A stretch of 64,000 nt of DNA from Marsupella aquatica (lineage: Eukaryota > Plantae > Marchantiophyta). The number at the start of each line of letters is the position of its first letter. The first letter of the stretch is position 1. Made by a program: the position numbers and the translations under genes. Below the pieces are notes generated by a model, which was not told the origin of the DNA, made no database searches, and saw only the letters and a program-made list of their open reading frames with translations. This document shows, piece by piece, positions 13,627 through 23,578 of the stretch. The stretch is from assembly GCA_973895155.1 (NCBI GenBank), contig OZ316895.1:16906170-16970169 (forward strand), given 5' to 3'.

Positions 13627-15860
13627 TCACCGACATTGAGGACACAACCATGATCCACTAGGAATCATGTGCAAGGGTGGTGTCAAACACGACACGTGCC
13701 ATCCTCTAGAACACCGATCACAAATCAACATAGTAGCTGCTCCCTGAACAGACCCACACAACATACACTTCAAGCCAGCACGAACATGTGCCAAACTTGG
13801 ATCCACAGTACCATCAATGTTTGGAAGATGACATGGCGCACAATTACGCACATGATCCTTCCAAACCATACCATCACGTCTTTCCAATATAAGGACTCCA
13901 GAAGGCAATATTTCACGCACACGTAAGATTGTCCGCTCTGCGGTCACATCAAGCGTCGTTGGTGCTGTCTGTTGCAAATAAACATAATCGCCAGGATGAA
14001 ATCTTCTAATCCTCGTGCGATAACCTCCTCCACGAATAGTAGCATACCGTAAAGTATCACGATGTTGGGCAATAGCAAGGTTGTCAAAGGCCATGGGCAT
14101 GACTCTCTCAAAAACTTGTGCCCTCTCTGAACAAACCTTGACCCAAACATTTGAATCATCCAAATCCACAACAGTTGCAACATCACGACGAATAGCCGTT
14201 GGCAAATCTGGCTCTCTACCATAGAGCAAGAAATAAGGTGAGAAGGATGCAAGTGATGCTTGTCGACTAAAACGGTAGCCCATAGCTAACCAAGGTAGTT
14301 GGAGATCCCAGTCTCCCAAATGACCAACCTGCAAGCCATACTTACGCAATCCTCTCTTCATAGTTTGTACAACTCTCTCTGCCAATCCATCTGCCTCAGG
14401 ATGATCGCGAGAAGTAGTACAATGATCAATCAGAGCTTGCTCACACAAACCCTCAAAATCTCCACGGAATTTGGTGCCCTGATCAGTCAACACCTCAGCT
14501 GGTGCTCCAAAGTGACTGAGTACTCGATCCAAAAATGTGGTAGCCACTCCTCCACTAGCTTTATCTGGCAATGCCACTAGTTCAATCCACTTGGAGAAGT
14601 GCTCCACCATAACCAAAACATACCGATTGTGACGTTGGGTAAGAGGCAATGGACCAGCAAAGTCCAAACTCCATCGATATCCCAAACCCATGATCGGTAG
14701 CGGATGCAACTGGGGAGTGGGAGCATTGAACGATGCTCGCACTCGATCACAAACCACACACTTAGCTATCAATTGTTGGACATCAGTGTGCATACCACGC
14801 CACCAATATTGTATCTGCAGCAAGCTGTAAGTGCGCTTTACACCAAAGTGCCCTAACTCTTTGTGCGCATGTCGCACCAAATGTACTCGTTGTGACGGTT
14901 TTGGTACAACCAACACCTTTCCATCACGTAGTACCCTCAAAAGATGGTTTCCTTCCCATCTAAATCTCTTGGCTCTTTGTAGAACCCTATCACGCTCCTT
15001 AGCATCAACATTGCCACCAATGGAGCCAACACGCAAATATTCCAACACTCTCACATCGTTGTGAATATCTTGCTGTCCAAAAACTACATCACCAACATCC
15101 ATATCGGAAGACTCATCATCTACTCTATCCAATGAAGTAGAGTCTACATATCCACTACATACTGGCACCCAACAAAGGAAAGCAGACGCATGCCATCTCG
15201 ACACCATCTCCTTATCCGTCTTATCATGCCATCGGGCTCCAGTCTCATCCTCTTGACTGGTACATGGATTGCGGTTCAACCCATCCGCATCCAAATTCAC
15301 TTTTCCAAGTCTATGCACAACCTGAAAATCATACTCCTGCAACAACAATGTCCATCGTGCAAGCTTGCCTCTAAGCTTGTCAGACTCCATTAACCACTTG
15401 AGAGGTTGATGATCAGTGATCAAGGTGAACAAATTACCAAACAAATAGCAACGGAAATGTGCCACAGCCCACACTGCTGCCAAACACTCTCCCTCATAAG
15501 AGCTATACTTAGCCTCTGCTGAATTGTTGGATCTACTGGCATACGCCACAACAAACTCATTCCCCTCATCATCCTTCTGAGTCAACACTGCTCCAAGTCC
15601 TACTCCACTCCAATCAGTGTGAAGCTGAAATGGTTGCCCTGAAATGGGTCTTCTCAAAATAGGTGTTGACGCCAGTCTTTCCTTCAACTCCTGGAAAGCA
15701 TGCTCCTGGTCGTCTCCCCAAATCCACTCCTGATCCAACTTAGTGAGTATAGTTAAAGGTTTAGCAAGCTAGTTAAATCCTTTAACATACCTCCTATAGT
15801 AGTTCGCCAATCCCAAGAATGCACGAACTCTGCTCACATCAGTAGGACGAGGAATCTGTG
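13627..15860 (-). pseudogene. pol: pol 3' part: RT connection, RNase H, integrase (HHCC + DDE) and C-terminal PHD finger
   Basis: FQLHTDWSGVGLGAVL..YASR..YEGECLAAVWAV..TDHQPL (RNase H); HKELGH..CVVC; SLDFAGP..TDQG..GLAER (DDE core); CMLC..CDRCSRGWHVSC..WLCPQC (Cys4-His-Cys3). One stop at ~15769 and a frameshift at ~15860. Confidence 0.93.
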
Positions 15861-16756
15861 TTAGTAATGGCCTCCATCTTAGTCTGTTGCACACCCAATC
15901 CTCCTGGGTAGATAGTGTGGCCCAAATACTCAATCTTTTCTTGAAAGAACTTACACTTGCCGGGATGGAGCTTCAATCCATGTTCCCTCAATCTCTCAAA
16001 CACAATCTGCAAATGTCTCTGATGTTCTTCCACAGTAGAAGAATAAACCAAAATATCATCAATATAACATCTGACAAAATCCAAACCTGCAAGGATTCGA
16101 TCCATGACTCTCTAGAACTCAACTGGTGCATTCTTCAACCCAAATGGTAAGAAGAACCACTGATACAAATGATCTTTCCCATAAGAACCAATCCCCCAGA
16201 ATGCTGTCTTGGACCTGTTAGAATGCCTAATTGGCAACTGATGGTACCCCGCTCTGAGGTCCAACAAACTAAAAATCCTTGCATGCCCCACTGCATCAAA
16301 GATCTCCTCCGGTGTGGGCATGGCATATCGATCAGATTTTGTTTGACAATTAATAGGCCGGTAATCACCGCACATTCGCCTATCCGTGTAATTGCCATGC
16401 ACATCCTTCTTGGCTGGCATCACTGTGGCAGATGCATACTCTCCGTATGAAATCTCCACCAAACCAGCTTCCAACAAATCCTGAGTTCTACTCCGGATCA
16501 ATGCCCTCTCCATATCACTATATCGATATGGTCGTCGAAAGATTGGCACATCACTAGCCAATTCAATCTGAATACCAGGGTCCTTCAATGTTCCCAAATC
16601 CTTCATGCTAAATGCAGAATAATTCCAGTAACTCTTCAAGAATTGATACATTCGACGTCTCTCACCCCCTGTCAACTTAGGGCCAATTTGTGGCTCCCAA
16701 CTCTCCATCAAAGCTGTGATGTCTTCCTTTGGGGTTGAAGAGATAGTCGGTGGTTG
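15861..16756 (-). pseudogene. pol: Reverse transcriptase domain (Ty3/Gypsy type)
   Basis: RRPYRYS, RMCGDYRPIN, LDLRAGYHQ, LPFGLKNAP..F*RVMD, YIDDILVYS, KLHPGKCKF..YLGH; premature TAG at 16112. Confidence 0.93.
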
Positions 16757-16909
16757 CTATTTAGCAACAATTTGAGCAGTCCCAACCTGCTCAACAATCT
16801 GTCCTGCCATAGGTCTATGGACTGTCTGCTCGCCCCCAACTATGGTCGCTATTGTCTCAGTAGACCGCAAGCTCACCAATGGACGATCAGTAACACCAAA
16901 AGAGCACAT

Positions 16910-19030
16910 CCGCAATTGTTCAGCTAATCCCAAGCTGATAATCCAAGTCAAGCAATTCAAATTGTGGTATAGCCGGAAGAATTAAAAGTGACACTTTTCA
17001 CTTAAAGACCAAGGTTTCGATCCCTTTAAGAACAAAATAGGAATGGATTGAATGATTGTAACTGTTTTGAAGACTTAAGAGTATCACTCAACCAAATCTT
17101 CAGACAAAAGAGAAACAAATGGATAAACTAACAAAATGAACAGAAAAGATTAATTCCCAAGTCATGGATTATGGAAAAGCTTTTAGAACCAAGGTCCAAT
17201 GGATTGAATCTCCACTGCCACTCCTTCAAAAAGGATTCTGGTCTTATTGTGTTAACAAGATTGCAACAAATCTCGCCTCAATTGCTCTTCTCCATCACCA
17301 TGAAAATATAAACAGAAAGGATAAATGCTCACCAACACCAAAGTAGCTTTCTGGTGACCGATACAATGATACTCACTAAAATGCCGTCAACATGGATAGA
17401 ACTTCGGCGATACGCAACTCCGATCTATCACTAGTGGGTATGCCAAAGTAAGGGTAACGGTACTAACTATTCTGAAATCAGAATCTTGCTCCTTTTTATC
17501 CACATTATCATTGAATCCTTAGCGATTCTTGACCCACAAGCAATCCTAATTTGAATTCATATGATCTTGGAAATTTGTAATGAAACACTCAGGCACCAAC
17601 AGGAATAAATTCATTACATCACAAAGGAAGTGTTTTACTTCATTCATAAATCATTCTCGAAAGCAATGATTACAAAGGAAGGAGGGAAACTTGCAAAAGT
17701 TTGCAATACTGAATACAAGCTTCACTGAAAAACAAAAAGGAAAACGATAATCTTATAGGTCTAAGTGGAGCATAAAAAGGGGAAATGAAAAGTCATGCCT
17801 TTTCAAAACTTAGAAAAAAAAGGTAATAAAAATTGAGTACTAAACTAAGGTAGAAAAAGATCACTAAATAACTAGGGTAAATGGGTAACAAAAATCTGTC
17901 TTCGAACTTCCGCCGAGTATCGTCCTTCATAAGTTTGGTCTCCATGGGACACCTCTCAGAAGCGTCCTTCATAAGTATTGTCAGCAAGGTAAAGTTGGGC
18001 ATTTGGGTACCAAAATGCAATTAATTTGTGAACTTTGCATCTTATTTCCATCTTCCATTGATTTTGCGAAAAATTCAGGTGTCACACAAATCCATGGCTT
18101 GACCAAGGACTTGGCAGCGTGAACTCTCTGACACAGAGGCAACCGCAGTAGTGCCAGTCAAAAATCCCATAGCACGCTCTCTTTCATCAGCAGTAGGTTC
18201 CACTAACTGCTGTAGAGTTGTATCCCAGACAAGTCCAGGCCCACCTGCTCTGAATGCATATGAAACAGAATGACTCACAAAAGTGGGTAATGCACAACGT
18301 GGGCGACCAACTACATTGACCACTGCCAATGGAGGTTTGTCAGGCTAGGTCACACCTTGTGCACGACGCCCTGGATCCAAAATATCATCCACCACCAAGG
18401 CTGTTGAGTGAGGAATGCTATCAAATGCTCGCTTCAACACCTCACAAGGTAACAAATTAGTCCACCACAAGCGTGGACGATGTGCACAAGAACCCACACG
18501 TGCAGCATCCAATAACACAGCAGGTCCAATCCAAGACTTAACCTGATGAACGCTGGCAACAAGTTGATGACGATCATCACCCAATAATGGCACATTCTCC
18601 AAAATGTAGGCAGGGGAATGTGTCTAATGCAACTGAAGATGACGCAACACCCGTAACATCTCCCAAAACAATGCAGATCTTGGATCATGAAGTCCATGTC
18701 CAACTCCAGCTCTAGATTGAACCTGACATGGCCAACCCGCAATCACCAAATCAATGGGGCCAACGCGATCCAAATGATCCACCCCCAACAAGGAAATATC
18801 AACTGGCAATGCATGTTGATAACCACGAACGGCATCCACTGGCAACAATTGTGGATAACGTTCAACCAACAATGCCACATGACGTAATGAGACTCTACGT
18901 GCTGTCTCATCAGTCTCCACATACAAATAACGGTGCACAGTCCGAATGCCGGCTTGAAGAATGGCAGCCAATCCAGTGCTAATTCCACCAAATAAATCCA
19001 ACAAACAAATACCCTCATGTGGATATTGCC
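16910..19030 (-). pseudogene. C5 cytosine DNA methyltransferase domain inside pol (split by the solo LTR, with premature stops)
   Basis: Motif I LLDLFGGIS; motif II YVETD; motif IV IDLVIAGWPCQ (catalytic PC); motif VI YILENV; motif VIII AHRPRLWWTN; motifs IX/X ERERAMGF..TT...RCQVLGQAMDL-NCL. All lie in one frame that continues into RT. Confidence 0.9.
16963..18086. mobile_element. Solo LTR of an unrelated family, nested in the methyltransferase domain
   Basis: 1124 bp with TGTG...CACA termini and a 5-bp TSD CAAAT (16958-16962, 18087-18091); removing it restores the reading frame GQAMDL|NCLTWII. Confidence 0.9.
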
Positions 19031-19059
19031 ATGCAATAGGAGTAGTATCCAGTGGTGAA

Positions 19060-20248
19060 GAGTCACTGGTCCATTTGCAGTTGACTGCTCTGCTCCTGAT
19101 TGCGGTGTAAAAGCATGACGCCATGCATCATGTATCAATCGGGCCGCACTTTGTGGCAAGGCCTGTCCAGTACCCCATACTGGTGTCACAACACTATCAA
19201 TGGGCAATCCATGCATCAAGTGTTCCTCATGTGTCTCCTCCACCATAGGAACATTTGCTGCATGTGCGTTACCCTCAATCAAATCATCAGCTCCAGTAAT
19301 CAAACTACTAAATGTTGCCAAAGATAATGGTGCAGATTTGGGGCCTCCAACAGGTCCACTAAATTGCACTGGCAATTGGCTCAATCGAGCATCTCCACAT
19401 TGCCAATCGGGTCGGTACGACATCGATTCATTCCAAAAATCAAGAACAAATCCCATAGGATAGAGAACTGTACATCCCACCAAGACATCATATGACTCAG
19501 CCTTAGTCAAAATAGCTTGAGCCTGGATCCATGAGTTATCCTTTAAATGATCCTCCTGAATCCTAAGTTCAAGTGCTCGTCGAGTGATATGCTGTGTGGG
19601 TGTAGGTCCTCCCAATGAAGTCTGAATGGGAAAGGGACACTCCTCCAAATCATCATAACGCAATCCCAATCCTCTTATCGCAGACTTACCCAACATCAAG
19701 GGCTGAGCACCAGTATCTAGTAACACTCGCTCTGGCTGGTATATTGCTCCAGAAGGCCCAACTAATCGGAAGATACCACTCCGATTATCCAATGATATGA
19801 TGCTAGGTTTAAACCTAGTCCTCTCATAAGCAGGGCGCGCTGGTAAATCTATCAACCTTGCTGCTGCTGCATGCCATGTCTCACCACTAGAAATAGGTGG
19901 ATTCAACTCCACTGCTTCAAAATTGGGCGTTGCTTCTGCATGCGAAGCAACAGCTGGAGTGTCCTCGCATAATGTGGCCACCAATCTAAACACCTCTGCT
20001 GGACTAACTCCCAATGTCAACATATCCGTAGTTGAAAATAATGGCGTGCGCACTATAGTAGTGGCCGCCCCCAACAGGGTACTTGTCATCCCTGTCACAA
20101 CATCACTTGAATCCGCCAACTTACCCCCACCTGGGTTAGTCCAAACCGGATTCATAGAGGTAGTTTGAACTGCCTCTAACAATGTAAATGATTGGGGAAG
20201 CTTCGTTTGACGACAAATATCCCCTCTCTGAGGATCCAACTCTACCAC
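19060..20248 (-). pseudogene. Aspartic protease region of pol
   Basis: RVLLDTGAQPLML (DTG active site) and YDVLVG; same frame as gag. Confidence 0.8.
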
Positions 20249-21631
20249 TGCTCCTCTAGGCTCAAGGGCTTTTGTTGCTCCTCAAGTTAAAGCTGCTGAT
20301 GCATCCACATGCGCAGTACCACACATAAATCCCATGGTGGCAAGATCTCCATCAGCTCCATAAGAGGTTGAAGCTCCATAGGATGTAGAAGCCCCATCAC
20401 TAGCAGTAGGTCTAACTTGAGAACTAGCCATTGCAGCTAGTTGTTGCTCCAATTGAGCAATCTTTGCATCCTTAGGATCTGTGGTAACGGTAGGAGCAAC
20501 ATCACCTCCCTGTCTTCCTACATGTGGTATGCCTCGACCACGTCCACCACCTCTACCTCCTCTTCCCTGATCATACGCACGTGGTCCTTCCCGTCGTAGT
20601 TTAGGATGAAGTACAAAACACCTATCTTTGGTGTGTCCAGCAACTCCACAATGATCACATTGTCATTGATCAGGTGTAGATGCCCCTCCTTGCCCCCTAT
20701 TATCTGGGCAATATCTTTGTGCATGATCCCCACCACAAGTCCAACATCCTGATTGTTGTCCAGCATAAGAAGGCACACGTCTCTGACTAGTAGATTCCTG
20801 TGTTGTAGGCTTCTCTCTCTGGCTCTTACGTGCAGTAGGTTGCAGTGTGGGCGTCGATGCAACCTTTGGTGCTTCCTTGGAAAATCCGGAAGTCACCACC
20901 TTCTCATTCACCATATTGAGCTCAATGCGCTCAGCAAGTGCAAAAACTATAGCCAATGTGGGATCTGAATCCCTCAGTAGAGTGGCATCTGTCACTCTAC
21001 GACGCAACTCCCTATCTAGAATTGCATACCAAAATTGGACCGCTTGGGCCTCTATCACTCCTTGTGTGACCGTAATCAACCTTCGCATACGAGTGTATGC
21101 CTCACGTAGGCTCTCTCCAGTCTTGCGTTGGAACTCCTGAAGACCCTTCAACTTATCGGTTCTCACACCCTGGTAGTTCTGCTTCAATACTTGAAAGAAC
21201 TTCATCACAGGGTTAAATGTTGGCGCAACTCCACTCCCAGCCACAATCACACCGGTAGGAGTAGCGGTGGATGCTGATGGAGTGCCATTCTGGCTAGTGC
21301 TGCTAGAAGAAGCCGCAGTTGTAGCAATGGGTTGGGAAACCACACTTGTGCCATAAGTGATGGACACATAGTTTGGTGACCAATGCTGTCTCCATGCCTC
21401 AATATCCACTAAATGAGCCTTTCAAAACTCATGGTAGTCATCCATGGGTGGCCCCTCCAAATGCTGAAACAACCCTTTCCAAGCCATGAAAAGTGTAAAC
21501 AATGTGGCATTACGCATTATCTGCATATCATACCACGTATCAAACTCTTGGATGAAATTATCCAAATCAATCGTGCCAACTGCACCAGAGTATCTCCTCG
21601 GTCCTTTCGTTGCCCCATACATCTCCTCCAT
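20249..21631 (-). pseudogene. gag: gag with two zinc knuckles and an RGG tract (premature stops)
   Basis: RYSG..DLDNFIQEFDTW; FQRKTGESLREAYTRMRRL (retrotransposon gag); CWTCGGDHAQRYC; CDHCGVAGHTKDRC; GRGGRGGGRGRG. Start codon is tentative. Confidence 0.82.
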
Positions 21632-21876
21632 ATCCCACAACAATGGAACAGTCACTTGATGTCGAGGAGAAGTGGCTACTAAGTCCTCGTCAGAATCACT
21701 ATCTGAAACCCCACTTGTGACCACTAACAATGTCGTCGGCCAAAATTGCACTCCACTCCAAGTGAAACCAGATCGTCGTCCCTCGGGTAACCCCGTATCA
21801 CTAGAAGACTCCGTGATGACCAATTTTCCCTAAATGGTCACCATCAACTCACCACTATCAATAATCAACCAATTGG

Positions 21877-22356
21877 CGGAACGGTGTTCCGCGGATACCC
21901 ATCACTCAATCGCGGAACGGTGTTCCGTAATGCACTACCACCAATCTCCAAGACAATTGACGGAATGGTGTTCCGTAAACTGCTTCGTTGTGGGATAGTG
22001 TTCCGCAACCCTCCATCACCAATAGCCAAGCTAATTGGCGGAATAGTATTCCATGAGCTGCCTAGTAGTTGCGGGACAATGTTCCGCAACCAACCGTTCT
22101 TCACAATGCAGACGAGATGTGTAATGGGGCAGACCAATCTTCAATATGCACCCACGACGGAACAGTGTTCCGTGGAAGACCAATCTTCCCAAAATTATCA
22201 CAACAAAATGGTAATCTGTACCCGATCATTCTCCAATATGCACTCACGAAGGAATAGTATTCTGTGGAAGACCAATCTTCCCAAAACTACCACAACGGAA
22301 CAGTGTTCCGTAGTCAACCAATCTCCAATATGCCCTCTCAACGGAACAGTGTTCCG
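21877..22356. repeat. Array of ten 15-bp pseudo-palindromes, consensus CGGAACAGTGTTCCG, in the retroelement 5' leader
   Basis: Copies start at 21877, 21913, 21961, 21991, 22039, 22072, 22158, 22250, 22296 and 22342. Confidence 0.85.
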
Positions 22357-22993
22357 TGGAAGACCTTCACAACCTTGTTGTTGCGAAAACCCCGCCGCAA
22401 TTCCCGGACAAAGCACTGTTCACTAACTTTGTTATTTTCCTTGTGCCCTAGGTCGCCGCCACACCTCGCCTCTCCGCGGTGCGCTATGTCACCGCAGGCA
22501 ATGCAATTCGCCAACATTCAACGTCACTTTCTTTGAAGGAATGCACTGTCCGTCAACATCAAACTTGATGAATCTCAAATCCGCGACATACAACTTCAAC
22601 GATCAACTCCCGATTGGGACCATCCCCGAACTAGAATCACAAACAATCACAAGTCTGACCGACTTGCCTTCACAAAACCGCAGAAAATACTCTTAGCAAT
22701 CCGTGCACAATAGTCGATGGCAACTTCCAATCATCGACCGGACACTCAGTCTTCCAAAATGCTGCAATGTCGATCGATGCGAACCGCAACTCCAAATGCG
22801 CAACTCAACAACTCAAAGCTCCGCATTCACTCAAGCTTTCTCAACACCAACTTGGAACAGATCGAGATACCAGCGATCCATTCAACAACAAAACCCTATC
22901 CGAGATACCACGAATCGTCAACAACAAAACCACAACAAAATCGAACTTCTGTTTGCACAATCCGTACATCAGAATTTGAAGCTGATCTTTCAA

Positions 22994-23329
22994 TGTAATC
23001 TTCTTCAATAGTGCAAATCAAACAACAATCAATGCTAATCCAACAACGATCCCATCTGAGGCGATCACACATGTATGTCAAGCCCAACGCACCTTGTGTT
23101 TCAAGGAATCCACGTTACATGCACACAACCTGGTCAGCCACACCATAGCCACCAAGCTCATGCTCAAAGGCTCAATATTGAAAGATGAGGCCTTTGAGCC
23201 AACACAAGGGGATCGATAACTACCCCTCACACCAACTCAAACTAAACATAGTGCTCATGTAGCACACATACAAAATCTCTATACCTAGATAGTACGATAT
23301 ACTTTACTACCACTCTAAATGGTGTGACA
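22994..23329 (-). repeat. 5' terminal repeat B (336 bp, TG...CA)
   Basis: Direct repeat of 12981-13313, followed by the TSD ACAC. Confidence 0.92.
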
Positions 23330-23455
23330 ACACACGTTGAAAGCAAGCACAATAGGGAAAGGGTTTAGGGTTTAGGAATGGGTGGGAACCTCACAAGTGA
23401 GAATAGAGAAAAAGGGGAGGAAGAAAGTGTGGGGGCCCCTTCTAGTAATGTGTTT

Positions 23456-23578
23456 TTCTACGGAGTGCCCCTTCTACGGATGTATTCTTCTACGGAGTGT
23501 TCTTCTACGAAGTGCCCCTTCTACGGAGTGCCCCTTCTACGGATGTGTTCTTCTACGGAGTGCCCCTTCTACGGAGTG
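23456..23578. repeat. Minisatellite of TTCTACGGAGTGCCCC-like units, preceded by telomere-like GGGTTTAGGGTTTAGG at 23361-23376
   Basis: About 8 units of 14-17 bp sharing the TTCTACGG(A) core. Confidence 0.8.

Larger units (their letters stand above)
12844..23329 (-). mobile_element. Ty3/Gypsy LTR retrotransposon encoding a C5 DNA methyltransferase and a PHD finger, with split/permuted LTRs; inactive copy
   Basis: 4-bp TSD ACAC (12840-12843 and 23330-23333); domain order gag-PR-DNMT-RT-RH-IN-PHD; repeat B at 12981-13313 and 22994-23329; repeat A at 12844-12979 and 13316-13451. Confidence 0.92.

Noticed and set aside
18075-19124. Host DRM/DNMT3 gene or bacterial contamination
   Set aside because: The domain is intronless, in frame with RT, inside TSD-bounded termini, and the flanking genes are spliced plant genes.
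21877-22356. CRISPR-like array (palindromic repeats with spacers)
   Set aside because: Repeats are only 15 bp, spacers are irregular and partly similar to each other, there are no cas genes, and the context is a eukaryotic retroelement leader.
21865-22426. ORFs with RNTVP / GTVFR peptide repeats
   Set aside because: These are by-products of the palindromic DNA motif; they are not in frame with gag and the frame is not kept across the array.
12844-23329. DIRS/Ngaro tyrosine-recombinase element, suggested by split repeats plus a methyltransferase
   Set aside because: It encodes an HHCC-DDE integrase, an aspartic protease, a PPT and a TSD; no tyrosine recombinase was seen, and the methyltransferase is C5-type (PCQ/ENV), not the adenine type found in DIRS.
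23361-23376. Telomere or interstitial telomeric array
   Set aside because: Only about two TTTAGGG units; too short to call.
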